Source: Rhynchobatus australiae
Lineage: Eukaryota
Length of the DNA stretch: 64,000 bases
Assembly: GCA_034780895.1 (NCBI GenBank)
Contig: JAUZTB010000027.1
Span: 23,726,886 to 23,790,885, forward strand
Direction: 5' to 3'
Position numbers and translations under genes: made by a program. The notes beneath the pieces are model-generated. The model was not told where the DNA came from and ran no database searches. It saw only the letters and a list, made by a program, of their open reading frames with translations. Below, piece by piece: positions 48,401 to 61,909 of this stretch; the stretch's first letter is position 1, and the number at the start of each line of letters is the position of its first letter.

Positions 48401-49654
48401 CCTGCATTTAGTATTTAAGCATTGCCAGCCAAAATAAACCAGAGTTATAAATTAATTCTGGCTTTAAGTGGAAAAGGTTGGGTAGAATAATTTGGTACAT
48501 ATGCTTGATGAAATGTAGGGGAGGGTTAGAGTGAAATAATTATTTATAATAGAAACATTTTTTCTAATTTGTAGCTGTCACTACTATACTTTCGTAGTTT
48601 GTCTTGATGCTATTAAGTAAAAGATTGTCCTTTAATGCAGAAAGGGGAACTTGGGACTTTACACCCTGCAACAGTACTTAAAGAAATTGTCCAGAAATGT
48701 CAAAGTATTTGTCCAAACTTCAAATGGGAAATTGTTTAATAACTTAGACAAAAAACTAATATTCAAAGATAGTAAAAATTAACTGCATGTGGTTTCAATT
48801 TTGTGAAATTTGAGATTTGTCTTTTATTCAGTGTACTTTTCCACAAATGAAGTTACAGATAAATCTCGTTCACCTTCTCTCAGTATCTGTTAGTNNNNNN
48901 NNNNNNNNGCAAAAAAGTTATTTGAGAAGAGAGTGACAGAATATTAGTAAGATGTAGGGGGCAATAAAAATGTCTGGAAATAGAAATCTGCTACTTAGTC
49001 TTGATTAGCATTAATTACAAATGTCTCAATGAATGCTCCGGTGTTTGCTCTGACTGCACTCAGAAAGAATCCACAAATCTCCATTCACATTTTCTCAAGG
49101 GGCAACAGTCGCAGTTCATGGGCAATCTATTCACAGCAATCCTGGCACTATGGATTCCAGAACTGCTTTTTAGGCATTATTTGTCTTAAGGGACAGGCTG
49201 TTATTGCCAAACCTCTGCTTTTCAAAAATTAATAGTGACTTTGCTGTATTTGCATCTGTGTTATTATGCCATTGACCCTTGTTGCTTAGAGATATACAGA
49301 ATTTATTACTGTATCACTCCTCCCACACTTGGCAATATAGCTTACTTGGAGGCAGATGATGGGAAACAACTGCAAGCTACTTTATATTTTAGTCTGTGCT
49401 GCTTTCTTTCAGGACACCCTCACATTTTGGGAGGAGCATAACACTGCTCTCTTATGGTTAGAAGAATAACATACTGCTCTGTGTAACCTGAATTTAGCAA
49501 CTACAATAAAACTTCAATAATCTGTTACCCTCTTTGATGGCAGATTTTCTGAATTACTGGATGTCTCTTCTCTTACTACCCAATGCATTTTTAATTCACT
49601 CCTTTTAAAAAATGTTACATGGTAGTATAACAAATTCTTCAACAACTTTAATGG

Positions 49655-49955
49655 AAGCACGGGAAACAGAACCTCTGAATTTAAAAAGAATGGGGGAACA
49701 GAGTCTCAGTGAGTTAATATGAAGTATAGGAAATGGGGCTCCAGTGGGTTTAAAGTGAGTGTGGGAATAGGGCCCAAGTGATTTTAAAAGGAGTAAGGAA
49801 ATGGAGTCCTGGTGTCAGTGTAGAGGGGACTCCAATGAGAAGCATGGGAATGGGCCCCAGTGAGTTCATTAGGAGTGCCAGAAAGAGGGCTGCAATATGT
49901 TAATAAGGGGCATAGGAACAGGGCCTCAATGAGTTTACAAGGAGCATAGGAAACA
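49655..49955. repeat. Degenerate minisatellite (about 30-35 bp unit)
   Basis: Recurrent variants of gggaacagggcctcagtgagtttaaaaggagca. Confidence 0.6.
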
Positions 49956-50089
49956 TCACTTACTGAGCCATCAGGATTTCCAAACAATCATATACTGTAT
50001 TGTGTACTCATTTAATACATAGCCCCTGCAAATTAACAGGATTTGGCAATGAGTGGGATAAGATTATGGATTCTCTCACTGAAATATTT

Positions 50090-51600
50090 TTGGAGGATGA
50101 TCCTGCCAGAGACTTGCTGAAGGTGAAACAAAAATCTGGTTTTATTTTAAGACCTACAGAGCAGAGTGGAGCTTGGTACTGGACCAGGTCGGGAGACCAA
50201 TCAAAGACTGTCCACATGGTCCAACTGCCGTGCCCATGGGAACGATTAGGGAGAGTATAGTCATAACTGAGCCATTTTTGCTGAACATGTGCAAAGATTA
50301 GAAATGCCTTCCACTGCAAACAACATTGTGGAGGTTCCCAATGATCCAGACCAAAACCAGGTGGTGTTGGAGAGAAAAAAAAAGGCGGTATTTTTTTTGA
50401 GCTGAAGCCAGGCCCTGAGATTTATAAAACCTTTTAAAAATGTGCTTGTTCCAGTAAAACCAAAGGATATATTACTGAAAGACATTCTTACAAAGATCCT
50501 GAACCATTGCTGAATGTTATTGTTTGGGGAAAAAAGGAATCGGCTCCAAAATTATGACACAAGTCTGTTTATCAGAATACTAAAAAAAAAGTTCAATAGA
50601 TTGTCATTTTGGAAATTTCCCAGGGAGAGCATCACATAACCATTTTGTGTGTGGGATGAAGATTGAAAGCATTCATAGTCCATTTGTTGACAATTCACAA
50701 TTTGATATTTGATTTGGTATGTCAAATAAAATTGCTCATGGACATGGCTAACAGCAAGCCATAAGATTATCACACCTAAAATGGTCAATGGACATCTGCA
50801 GAGTCAATCCGCTGCAGGAAAGAAGGCAAACAGTCTCAAGGCTACTTTTGTTGGTCATGAAGCAAAATTCATATTGTAAAACAACATGGTATAGAAGTAT
50901 CCGAAAATTTTCAACAATTCAAAATAAAGTCACTTGAATTCAAGGATTGAAAGATTGTTTGAGAGTTAAGAGGAAAAAAAAGACCTATTAACTGCAAGTC
51001 ACAACCAGTATCCTACATCCTGAGAAGTAGAGCAAGAGTGAACAGGCTTGAATCTGGGAACTTTAATTCTAAATACATGCTCAACAATGTCATTGGGGTA
51101 CACCTTTAACTGTTGTGGCAAAATCTGATGGTCATGTATATAGTAAGTTATTCTATATAGCGACTTTTGAATGTAATGTTTCACTCATGGTTCTTTCATT
51201 TTATGATCCCAGTACTCTATAGATTTCTGAAACATCTCACATTTGTGTGCTTTAACATTTACTCTTTGAGTGAGATGAAGCCATTTGTAAAAAACAGTAC
51301 ATACCCAGGTCTTTTTCAGTTCAATAGGCTGCCATTTGAATTACTCCTAGAATTTTTCAGTGCAGAATGAACCAAATTTTACAAGGAATTAAAGTGATGG
51401 GATATTAGCTGGATGATATTTTCATCTCAAACTCCAAGAGGCAGATTCATGATCAAGTGTTCCAATATGCAGAAAGGCATGCGTTAAGTGTTAAAGCACA
51501 CAAGTGTGAGATGTTCCAGAAATCTATAGAATACAGCGATTATAAAATGGAAGAACCATAAGCAAAACACTTGATGGTTTGCTGAGTTGGTTCACCTGAT
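50090..51600 (+). mobile_element. Gypsy/Ty3 LTR retrotransposon internal relic (gag plus RT)
   Basis: gag-like FAEHVQRLEM..ANNIVEVP..VPVKPKD and FVCGMK; pol-like TPLTVVAKSDG, GLFQFNRLPF, IFQCRMNQILQGI and *LDDIFIS..VKAHKCEMFQKSIEY. Confidence 0.8.
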
Positions 51601-51964
51601 GGACTTTAAGAGAAAACTGAGTTAGATAATGGACCTTGAGTTCGGTCAGAAGAAATTACATTAATGGATTTAAATTAATAAATTAAATTAATGGATAAAA
51701 ATTATGTAAAGCATACTAGATTACCTAGTAACTCACTAACTAAACTGCACTCCTCCCCTACCAGCTCTCAATCATTTTAGATATATCTGTGCTGGTGCTT
51801 GGCAATTTAAGAGTAGTTGATACACTGGGTATAGCTACCTGGTTGAAACTGCCACTAGATTCCACCATTTCATGAAATCTGGGCACAGAACAAGCAGGCG
51901 AATTAACTGGCATCTAATTCATACATTTTGTTCTTCTATTACAATTACTACTGTTTTAGCAGTC

Positions 51965-52270
51965 TGAGTAACCTACTGGCAAGGCTGCTCTAACAGCATC
52001 TCCCAAATCTATAATCTCTATTATCAAGGACAACAGCAGAAGGTGAAGGAGAATACCACCAATGGCAGATTCCCCTTAAAGTTGTACACAATTATGACTG
52101 AGAAATATATAGCAGCTCCTTCATTGTTACTGGGTCCACATTCTACAACTGTCCCCAACAAAACTGTGCAAGTTTCTAGAACAAAAGGTCTCACCTTCAC
52201 TTGTTAAAGAGCAATTGGGGATAGGCAGTAAGTGTTGGCCTTTTTAGCAACACCTTCATCCCATAAATAT
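51965..52270 (+). mobile_element. Older CR1-like family 3' end
   Basis: caaggctgctctaacagcatctcccaaa..ttcattgttactgggtc..gcaattggggataggcagtaagtgttggcc..catcccat. Confidence 0.65.
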
Positions 52271-52534
52271 AAACAATATAATTTATAATATTAGCAGCAA
52301 GATGCATTTTGAAACAGCTCAAGAATATAGGAAATTAACTGCAATGTATATTTGTATGCAAGGGAGGAAATCTGAGAACAAATAAGATGGTGAATCCAAA
52401 ACTAATCCAGTTCAGACTACCCTTATTCAACAAACCTTCACGTCCAGAATCTATAGGGTCACTCCATAACTCCAGAATCTGGAATCTTGGCTTAGATAAG
52501 TCCTCATTCTGTCTAAATATATTTTCTTTATAGG

Positions 52535-52890
52535 AAAGCAGAGTGGCACTGCTGCCTCACAGCTCCAGCAACCCATGTTCAATCCTGACCTTCAACGACC
52601 TTCAGTGCTGTTTGTGTGGAGTTTGAATGTTCTGCTGTGACTGCATGGGGTTCCTCTGGGTGCTCTGGTTTCTTCCTGCATCCCATTGATGCAGGGTTGG
52701 GTTGTTTGGTAACTGTAAATTACCACTAGTGCAGGTGGGTCGTAGAATCTGTGTGTGGGGGGGGGGGGTTGTTAATGGGAATGTGTGGAAAATAGAGTAT
52801 AGGGAAAATTAGCAAAAGAACGGGATTGCACTGTAAACCAGAAAAGACCCAATGGGCTTAATGACCTCCTCCTATGCCATACATATGAAA
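52535..52890 (+). mobile_element. HE1-type V-SINE
   Basis: tRNA head ctgctgcctcacagctccag with B-box gttcaatcc; V-domain tgtgtggagtttg..gggttcctctgggtgctctggtttc; tail atgggcttaatgacctcc. Confidence 0.85.
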
Positions 52891-54219
52891 ACAAAATATT
52901 TGTTTTTTTTCTGCTAACTGGATAGTATGCTTGGTGTCTTTGCCTTCTCAAATTTTGAGCTATAGGACAAAGCAACTTCTTGGCAGCAATACACTATGTG
53001 CTGATCAAATATAAGCTTACCTTTTTCATTAAGACAGTAAGTGAATGATTTATTGATGCTTCCTTTGTTATAGTAGATCTACATTGATCAGTCGTTAGGG
53101 TGTTTTGCAAGTGACATTATTAAATGTTGTAAAATGTGAATATATCCAAGTTAGCAACTTGTCTCAAGATTACAGCCAGTACAACTTCCCATTTCCCCAA
53201 AGACTCAAGCATTTTAAATTTCCTTTGGGCTTCTACTAAGCTTTTTCAGTAATTTTATGGAAAAGATGGGAGAAACCCTATTTACACAAACAAGCATGAA
53301 TTCAATATGGTATAAAATACCTAAAGGATTTATTAAAAATGTCATTGCTTTCTCATGAAATTTTGTATGTATGAAAAGCCATCCAAACTGTAATCTCTTT
53401 TAATTCATTGCATATGCATTACTTTACAGTTGAAAATCCCACAAGTTACAATCAACTAAGAGATGTCTTATGAGAATATATGTTCCAAAGTACAAAATGT
53501 GCAAATCATGTTTCCTTATTTTCTTCTGTAAAATTGACATTATCATGTGATTAGTAATATTATTAACTAAAAGGAAAGGATAATTCATTTTTAAAACCTC
53601 ATTAGTACACTTGTGGAATCCAAAACTTTCAATTGATATAATAATTACCAAGTAAACACTTCCATAAATATATGCTCCTGTCTTGAGGACATCAGTGTAA
53701 ATAACAAAGTCCTTAACTATCTGGAATGTTGGACAATAATGTCCTTTAAAATGACCCTTTGGGATACCAGAAGTCTAAGCTATTTGTTGGTAATAGTAAA
53801 GTGATCACATATAGTCTGCTCAAACAATTTGTCCAAATATGTGCAGAGTCATCCAAGTATAAATAAGAATTTACTGTAAATGCTAATAATGTTATTTGAT
53901 GCCTCAGAAATTCCAATCTTTCAGTATCTGTCTTGCAAGGTAATGTCCACCTTGCTCCCTTTGCAGTCACCAAGGCCCTCAGTACCACACTCCAGTGAAA
54001 CTTACCTGATTACATAATATTTATCATAATGCAATGTAATATCAATCAATCAAAAATGTGTTCAGTTATTAACAGAAATGACATACAGTAATCAGAAAAT
54101 CTGCAGGTCTGACACCACTGAAGTCCCAAGTGTGACAGATTATTGGAATCTTACTGTAATAAGATATAACACCAAAATTAATACAGGTAATTGTTCAAAG
54201 GCAAATATTTAAAAATTGT

Positions 54220-54450
54220 GGGAATAAAAACAAAAAAAATTCTGGAAATACTCAAAATCAGGCAATGCCTGTGGAGAAAGAAGCAGAGTTTCAGGGAAAC
54301 AACTTGATGAGGGATTTGAACAAAAAAAATCATTGATCTGAAATATTAATTCTGTTTCTCTCTCTATACAACTGGCCTAACTTGTTGAGTATTTCCAGCA
54401 TTCTTTTCTTTGTTGTTCAGATTCACAGCCTCTGCAATTTATTGCTTGCA
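54220..54450. mobile_element. Palindromic Penelope-terminus derivative
   Basis: ctggaaatactcaa (54242-54255) pairs with ttgagtatttccag (54385-54398); central ttgatga..gaaa. Confidence 0.7.
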
Positions 54451-55019
54451 GTTAAAAATTATGGAAATATTGTAAAATACTAGTGAAAGCATTTTAGTCA
54501 AACAGCTGTCATAGGAAAGCTATTTAATAATATAAAGAACAAATAAATTGATCGACCCACTTTTTTCTACTAAAAGCATTTTCTCTTGAATTGTGAGTTG
54601 TACTATACATTTAATGCAAGAAATATATTTCAATTTTGTCTGACCTTGACATATCTGCAGGTCCTGGTGACATCCTGTATTCTTACTCAGTTCAGTCACC
54701 TAAAATAAATAAATCCCATCAATATTTATTGAAGACGTCCTGAAGGTGCAAAGCATTAAAGAGATTTGTCATGTATAACTGAATCTGTTAGGTGTTTTTC
54801 TTTGTAGTTTTATCTGCCTTTCCTTGTACCGTTGAAGGTATGTGTTCAGGTAGATAAAACTGCTCAAAGAAAAAAGGCTAATGGCATTGAATTTTAGATG
54901 TACCATAAAATTAAAGCAATGATACATTTAGGCAACATTTAATGTTCTATATGCACTACATTAATATAAAAATTAATTTTCAGCACAGAAATGCCAGGAT
55001 AACATAGTGGAAAGGCAAA

Positions 55020-55310
55020 AGAAAGAAAAATGTATTTAAAATACTGCCTTTCACAACCTCAGGGCAGTTCAAAATTATACACAAATGTCTGCAGTGAAAC
55101 CTTCTACCACAGCAATGGACTATTAATCATATTTCTTATTTTCATATATTGATTGAGGGTTAAATATTGGTAGGATGACCACACCATCGACTCTAATCAT
55201 TGCCCTCCACCAATAACCTTCCATGTCTTTCTTTAAAACCATGGTATGGAATCCTTCATGTTCTCCTGAAAAAGCATTAAGAACCTCTTTATAACATCTA
55301 TGAATGAGAA
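55020..55310 (-). mobile_element. Deu-domain SINE (SacSINE1/AmnSINE1-like)
   Basis: gcctttcacaacctcagg..acagcaatg..ttgattgagggttaaatattgg..ggtatggaatccttcatgttctcctga. Confidence 0.6.
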
Positions 55311-55334
55311 ATGACAGTAAAAAAGGAAAATCAC

Positions 55335-55700
55335 GATGTTAGGACTATTTCCTTTGGATTAGAGAAGACCAAAAGGAGGTTTAATAGATGTTATAAAACA
55401 TGATTTTGACAGGTTTAACAAAAAGTCTAATTCCTCTGAGTTTTCAATGAGATGTTCAGTTGAAAACAATCAGTTCAAGTGATAAGAGCATTTGAGTGTA
55501 ATTACTCGGAAGATTGTTGGACAATGGAATCACTTGCCCCAGGAAATGGTTGAGACAGAGACAACTTTTCCTTCTAAGGAAAATTTGCTTCTTTCTCCAT
55601 TACAAAATTTATCCAAAGTTACAAGGAAATTGGGGGACCTTTTGGTTAGTCCTGTCAAAGAGTCAGTATCAACACAGGCATCTGAGATCCTTTGGTTTAA
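55335..55700 (+). mobile_element. Highly decayed CR1 3' fragment
   Basis: ttaggactatttcctttggattagagaagacc..ggaggtttaataga; RKIVGQWNHLPQEMVETET. Confidence 0.55.
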
Positions 55701-55860
55701 ATTCTGTTGCAAATTAGATAATTACATTGACTAAATTGTTCACTAAAACACCATTGCTTAGAAATTCATGCTAATGAATACACCACATGGTTGCTGGGTA
55801 GTGTACATTCACTATTTCAGTTGTGTACCCAAGTTGAGAATGGGCATTGCATTTTCTTAT

Positions 55861-56016
55861 GAAGGAAAATGTGAAATACATGTACGAACTTTGATGCTAT
55901 ATATCAATCTGTATTGATCTCTTTGAATCACATATATAATCACCGATGATATATGTATTATTCTGTATTAATTTGAAAATTAATAAAAAAGATTGAAAAA
56001 GAAAGAAGGAAAATGT
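55861..56016 (+). mobile_element. 132-bp retroposed 3' end (L1/Tx1-like) with a 12-bp target-site duplication
   Basis: TSD gaaggaaaatgt at 55861-55872 and 56005-56016; the insert ends taataaaaaagattgaaaaagaaa. Confidence 0.7.
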
Positions 56017-56819
56017 ACCAGACAGAAGTTAAGTGCATGGGAATTCGTTGGGGGATCAAGGATCAGCAGTATTAGCTTGAATGTAGCCTGGGACCAGGCT
56101 GGGCCAAGGTGTGATGGGGATTTCAAGCAGGGAAGAAGTGCATGGCAGAATGGTGATTGAGGTCTCCATTGATGACCGTACTATTGGAAAATTGGCAGGA
56201 GATTATTGGATGAGCCGGCAAACCCTGTGCTGATGATGGTGGGGTAAGGGGTCAGGGTTTGGGTTGAGATAGAGTTTGGGACAGAGAGATTGCTGGATGG
56301 AAATGGGATAGAGATAAGGAACCAGGGACAATCAGGAGCTTCACAGAGCAAGAGATAGGTGGATTGGGGGAGGGGAATGGGGAGAGGGAGCCAAAGGATA
56401 AAGATTAAGTACTGAATTTATCTTAATGGGGCCCAATACAGCGATGTGCTACATAGACCTAGTTGTCTAGGGAATGCCCAATGTCAACTACTCCCAGGGC
56501 AGAACGTACTAATTTCATGCATAATGTGAGCATGACCCAGAAATCCCTTAAGATGGGCAAGCATGTCCTATGCAAGTAATCAGCTGAATTCCAAAGTGAC
56601 ACTACATGGTCATTATCATTTTCTGTGGTTTCTCTCCATGGTAAGTGCACTTTGGATTGTACAATTGGGAAATAAACAGTGCTATGCATTCTAATGTCTA
56701 GAGCCATGTTTCATACTGCTAAACTCCAGAACAAATGTTCAGATTCCACAACACTATTGAAAAAACAATTATGAACAATTACTCCAACCTTTGACTCATA
56801 AGGAACTTTGGCTGGACAA

Positions 56820-57335
56820 GATAGTTTTGGTCACCCTGTTACAGGAAAGACATTGTCAAGCTGGAGAGGGTGCAGAAGAGAGCCTGGACTAGAAGGCCTG
56901 AGTTACAGGGAGAGGTTGGTCATGCTGGATCTTTATTCCCTGGAGCGTAGGAGGATGAGGGGTGATCTCACAGAAGTTTTAAAAAATTATGAGGGGTATG
57001 GATAAGGTGGACGGTCATAGTCTTTTCCCCGGGGTTGCAGACTCCAAAACAAGAGGGCACAGATACAAGATGAGAGGGGAGAGATTTAAAACAGACCTGA
57101 GAGGTAACTTCTTAACACAGACAGTAGTGAGTACCTGGAATGAGCTGCCAGAGGAAGTGGTCAAAGCAGGTACAATTGCAACATTTAAGAGGCATTTGGA
57201 TAGGTACATGGAGGGGGGGAGGGGCTTGGAGGGTTATGGACTGAATGTGGACAACTGGGACTATCAGGGAGGATGCTGTGGTCGGCATGGACCAGTTGGA
57301 CCAATGGGCCTGTTTCCATGTTGTTACTCTGACTT
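56820..57335 (+). mobile_element. CR1 3' fragment
   Basis: PGLEGLSYRERL..LYSLERRRMRGDL and KTRGHRYKMRGERFKTDLRGNFLTQTVVSTWNELPEEVV; tail gggcctgtttccatg. Confidence 0.9.
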
Positions 57336-58019
57336 TAAGGGAAAATGATCATAAGTCATTTCTTCATCACAGATGTCCTTCTCTGCAAAAATGTAAATAG
57401 GCCCTAAAATTTTGCATGCCTCCCTTCCCTCTCAAATAAATTTAGTGCAAAACCCAATGGAAATCTTAGAGTATCTGATAAGTATGTCTTTATGCCAGTT
57501 TGCAGAGATCCCCAGCTGAATTATACTTTCAAAGGGGAACAGAACTTTGACTACTTTTGTATGATGACAAAGATCGAGCTTATTGTGCAAGAAAGTAAGC
57601 AAAATTCTTTAAGAATTTTATCAAGGCATGTTTGAGAAAATGAATCTTTCTCACCAAGACAATCTTGATGAGGGACTAAAATTAATATCTGTTATTATAG
57701 AAATCTAAAATGCAGTTTAAGAAGTTTAAAACACCTAAGAATAACCACCAAACATGCTTTCAAAATTCAAATAAGTTAGTATATTCATCAGTCTGGTGTT
57801 GTGCTTTTTAAGTAACATGTTATCTAAACGCTAATATCACATTTGAAAGCACAGTTTTTATTTTTGACTAAACTATCACTTATACTTTTTCAGCATTAAT
57901 GTTTCAAATATTACAGTATAATCATTAGGTCATCTGCTGGAAGACCATACATTGAAACTTATAAAAGATATTAGGCTAAATCGCTGTGGCAGCTGTTCAT
58001 CCTATTGGTATTGGTATTT

Positions 58020-58190
58020 GCTATTTCTGAAAAGAATTTTTCAGAATTAGAATCAAGTCTATTATCACCGACATATGTTGTGAAATTTGTTGTTTTGTGG
58101 CAGCAGTACACTGCAAGACATAAAGATAAATAAATCATGCAAAAGGGGAATAACGAAGTAGTGTTCATGGTCCGTTCAGAAATCTGATTA
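58020..58190 (-). mobile_element. Rex1/Babar-type LINE 3' end
   Basis: agaattagaatcaagtctattatcaccgacatatgttgtgaaatttgttgttttgtggcagcagtaca..gtagtgttcatggtccgttcagaaatctgat resembles a tail common in rays (recognised from memory). Confidence 0.55.
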
Positions 58191-61100
58191 TGTACAAACC
58201 AAATATGCACAATCTACTTGGGTTATTTTCTTTTGTACACATCAATTTAAATATGCCAAACTAAAGCAAAATATCAAGCAATTTTCAGAGTTACATCCAG
58301 TGCAAATCAGTTTTATGTTAGTTTAAGAAGCATTGTGCTGAAAATTAGTCTTTCCCACTAAATGAGTCATGCCCCAGATCAAATTAATCACCTTTGAGTT
58401 TCTTCTAACTGTGGAGTCTTTTAAAACTAAACTTTAAAAAAAATTCAGAACAAGTTTACTAATAATAAGCTTGAAAACTAGAATCAATGTAATTAGTAAA
58501 TGAGTCTGTTTAATCTTTGAAAGTCATTTAAATTGGAGTCATTCAATGCTTTGTTTTATGATAAATAAGTCTGAAAATACTTGTGTCCTAAATAAGGCAA
58601 GAATTATACCATGATGTAAACTTAAAGAAAAATTAGAGTATTGTCCAATTGAAGACAGATTTAGCAAGAATGATAGGCAAACGAATGACAAGTATAAATT
58701 GGAAAGTGTGGAGTACACACTGGGCTGGGATCTCAGTGTGAGCTGAAAATGAAAACTTCTGCCCAAGATGTGTGAGTAAAATTGTACAGTAGGAATACTT
58801 CAGATGTAGCATCAGTTCAGTAGACTCCAAATTAAATCAAAACACGATATCAAGCTTTTAAGATACCATTTCAATCCAAAGAATAGCAGTGGTGCTTATG
58901 GAAACATTATGTAATTTGTTACTTTGCTGATAAAATGTATTTTTAATATACAGGGATCAAAACAATTTGCTCATTTTCAACAGTTAATGTTGTGGATTGG
59001 AATGTGTGATTCATGATGGTAGGGGAGAAGGGATGGGATTGTTCTCTCGTTACAAACTACACTCAGGGGTTGTAATTTTCTGCATGGGAAAACTGATAGC
59101 TGCGTGCTGGTTGGATGCCTGATTTTCTTTTCCGTGGAGGCTATTTCATCTCTTGTCCCTCAATTAGGAATGTTAAGAGCAATATTTTCCATAGATTAAA
59201 GGGGGTAGGTCTTTTCTTTTCATTTCACTGCTTTTTGATGAGCATTCTCAGAAAGCTTACTGTGCTGAGTGCCATTAATATTAATCACAGAAGGATACTG
59301 CCTTGGAGGATCAAACGCCAAACAGCCTTTATAAACATTGTTAAGATCCAACTCCTAAGCTCAGTTTTATAACTTTGCACCTGGCTCATGTGGCCATAAA
59401 ATAGTAAATGCCAAATCTCCTAGCTATTTCATCAAAGAACTTGGCTTCAATTGAAGAACTAAATTTATAGGCAACTAAAGTAGAGAATGGATTATATTAA
59501 GAAAACACATTGCATGTGTATATGTCATGATTTGTCTAATCATGAACCTTTTTGCAGTTTGCATGCAGTTAGCATAAAAAAATGACTGGACTGGAATATA
59601 GTAGGTATTATAATTATATAAATGGCATTATAATATAGTTGACTACACAGTATATTCATTATCCAATTAGAAATTACTAACAACCTATTAGTTTTGAATT
59701 TTACAAAGAGTAGCATACTGTATGTCAATGTTCTTGATAAAGGTTTAAATATTCAGCTAGATCTTGCTGGATGAGGCTGGCTGACTGGAGTCACAGGTGT
59801 GGCTCCCACACTCACCTGGTGCAAAGGGCCAATAACATTAGCTATTCACGTCCTCCAGTTGGGTGACAAGATCTCACTGGCTACTAGCCCTTAGAGGCAA
59901 AGCCTAGAGGCCACCATCCAGAACACCCCCAACAAGCTTTGACAGAAGGCTAAGTTATCAATATGGATACAATATAGTACAGAATATTGTAAAGAAGTTC
60001 CAAAAGAGTGAACAGAAAGAGTTGCTGTCACAGCTGTCAAGGGTTTTATTAACTTTTCTATGTTTAGATTTTCAGAGATACTTAAAACTATTGAAACTAA
60101 ATTAAATAATTTTTGAAAAAAAGAAAATTAATGTGTTTTAAGAACATTAAACTAAAGTAAAATAATTTGTTACAAACACTTAATTCCTTAGCATCCTAAT
60201 TCAGAACCATGGTTTCTCCACTGAAATAATTAGGGTCTCTAATCCCACAATAAATTGGAACTGGCAAAGGCACAGAGGTGATTTTTGAATCCCAGGATGA
60301 CTGGGCTCCCGTTGCTAGCCTACAAATCACAGCACGTGGATGGAAATCCCAGACTTACTGGAGTTTCAGTGGATGAAAACTAGTGGTTCTGACTGGAATG
60401 GCCAACTTCAGGCAGTTAGATTCGCCTCAGTGTTTAAACTGATCCATCTTAACCTGGCAATATGAAACCACTGAATCAAATATGGATTTTTAATAAGTTG
60501 CATAATTCAACCATGGAATAATTGTTAGATTGAGTTATTACTGCAAGTTGTCATTGTAGGTAAAATATTATGAAGGAGAACTCCTAATAGAGTGGACTTG
60601 AATGTATGATAAAAGTCCATCTCTCAAAACATGTTTAACAGATCAAAGAAAGCAGTATGCAGGAGGCAATCAATGAGGAGAAGAAGCTGATTGCATAATT
60701 CCCTTTCATCTCCTGCTTCCAAGATCTTCTACTACAGTGTAACATACAGTAGAACATGGTCATTTGATACTAAAATATTAATAATACTAATGAAATACAA
60801 TGTGGAATAGGACTAACTTCAATTTTGTAAGTTAGGGTGGTTGAGATAATTGAGAAAAGGAAAATCAGAATAGTAGGAACAGCCTTCTTTAATTTTATTG
60901 GGATGATGTGACTGCTGAAATAAACTGTTTTAGGGGCCAGGGAATTATTAAAATAAGACTGGCTTAAGTTCACTAAAGTATGATTGAAGTACAAGACTGA
61001 CAGACTGTTGGCAAGATAATGTTTATAAGAAAGATGAATTGTGTCAAAGCCAGGTAAATGATTGGGAGAACCCTTGAGGAAATTCCCGGCACAAATATTA

Positions 61101-61909
61101 TCAGTGGTTCTCTGCCCTTACTGGCAATGAATGCAACAGTTCTTTCATCTCATGGTGTTTAAATGAGACAGTATAGAACATCATAATTATCACAGATTCA
61201 CTTGAGGCTTTTCCAATTGCTGGCTGGATTACCTATTATCTCTAATGTTGTTCTTAGTGGTTAACATTATATTTTTGCTTTAATAACTTCTTGGCTGACA
61301 GTCACAAAGTTAAATAAAAACAGTTAGTTTATTAGTTTGGGTTGGGACCACTTAGCTGAAAAGCACATGAAACTGTTGGAAGAGGCTTTTTCTGGCTTCA
61401 TATGTTCTCTCAGCAGAGGAAAAAAATCTAATATCATCACCAGATGGCCAGGGAAAGCTGCCCTCTGGATGTCATTGAAGCCTCTCCACTGCTTCTCATG
61501 CCTCTGTAAGCCAGAACAAATCACTGCATTCCACCCTCACAACCTACCACTGGCTTCACAGTTGCCACCTTTCCTTGGTCACGTTACCTACAGGCTTACT
61601 ATACTCATTTACCTCAAACAATTCTAAAAGCCCCTCAAAGCAGGCCATATACTAACATACTTTTCTTCTTGCATATAAAAATAGCGTCTTCTGCATGAGT
61701 AGAAGAGGCAGCCATCCATTTCAATGACAGAAAGTAGGCATGCGATGTTGAAGATGGCAAAGGAAGGTATTTGAGTAACTTTGTTTAATACTTTGTTTTA
61801 ATATTTCTCATTCATGCACTCAGCAGCTTCTACTTCATTCCTTTCTCAAGATCTATAAGAATCAGGAATCATATTAATTGAGACAGAGACATAAATGGCA
61901 TTGACATAT

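Noticed and set aside
49655-49955. Spaced repeats as a CRISPR-like array
   Set aside because: The units are degenerate and contiguous without unique spacers; this is a eukaryotic minisatellite.
52535-52600. tRNA gene
   Set aside because: The B-box belongs to a SINE head and there is no cloverleaf.
54000-54008. Perfect donor CAG|GTAAGT as a possible ZNF469 first-exon end (similar sites near 23270, 39552 and 53016)
   Set aside because: No convincing acceptor, promoter or CpG island nearby, and such sites are expected by chance.
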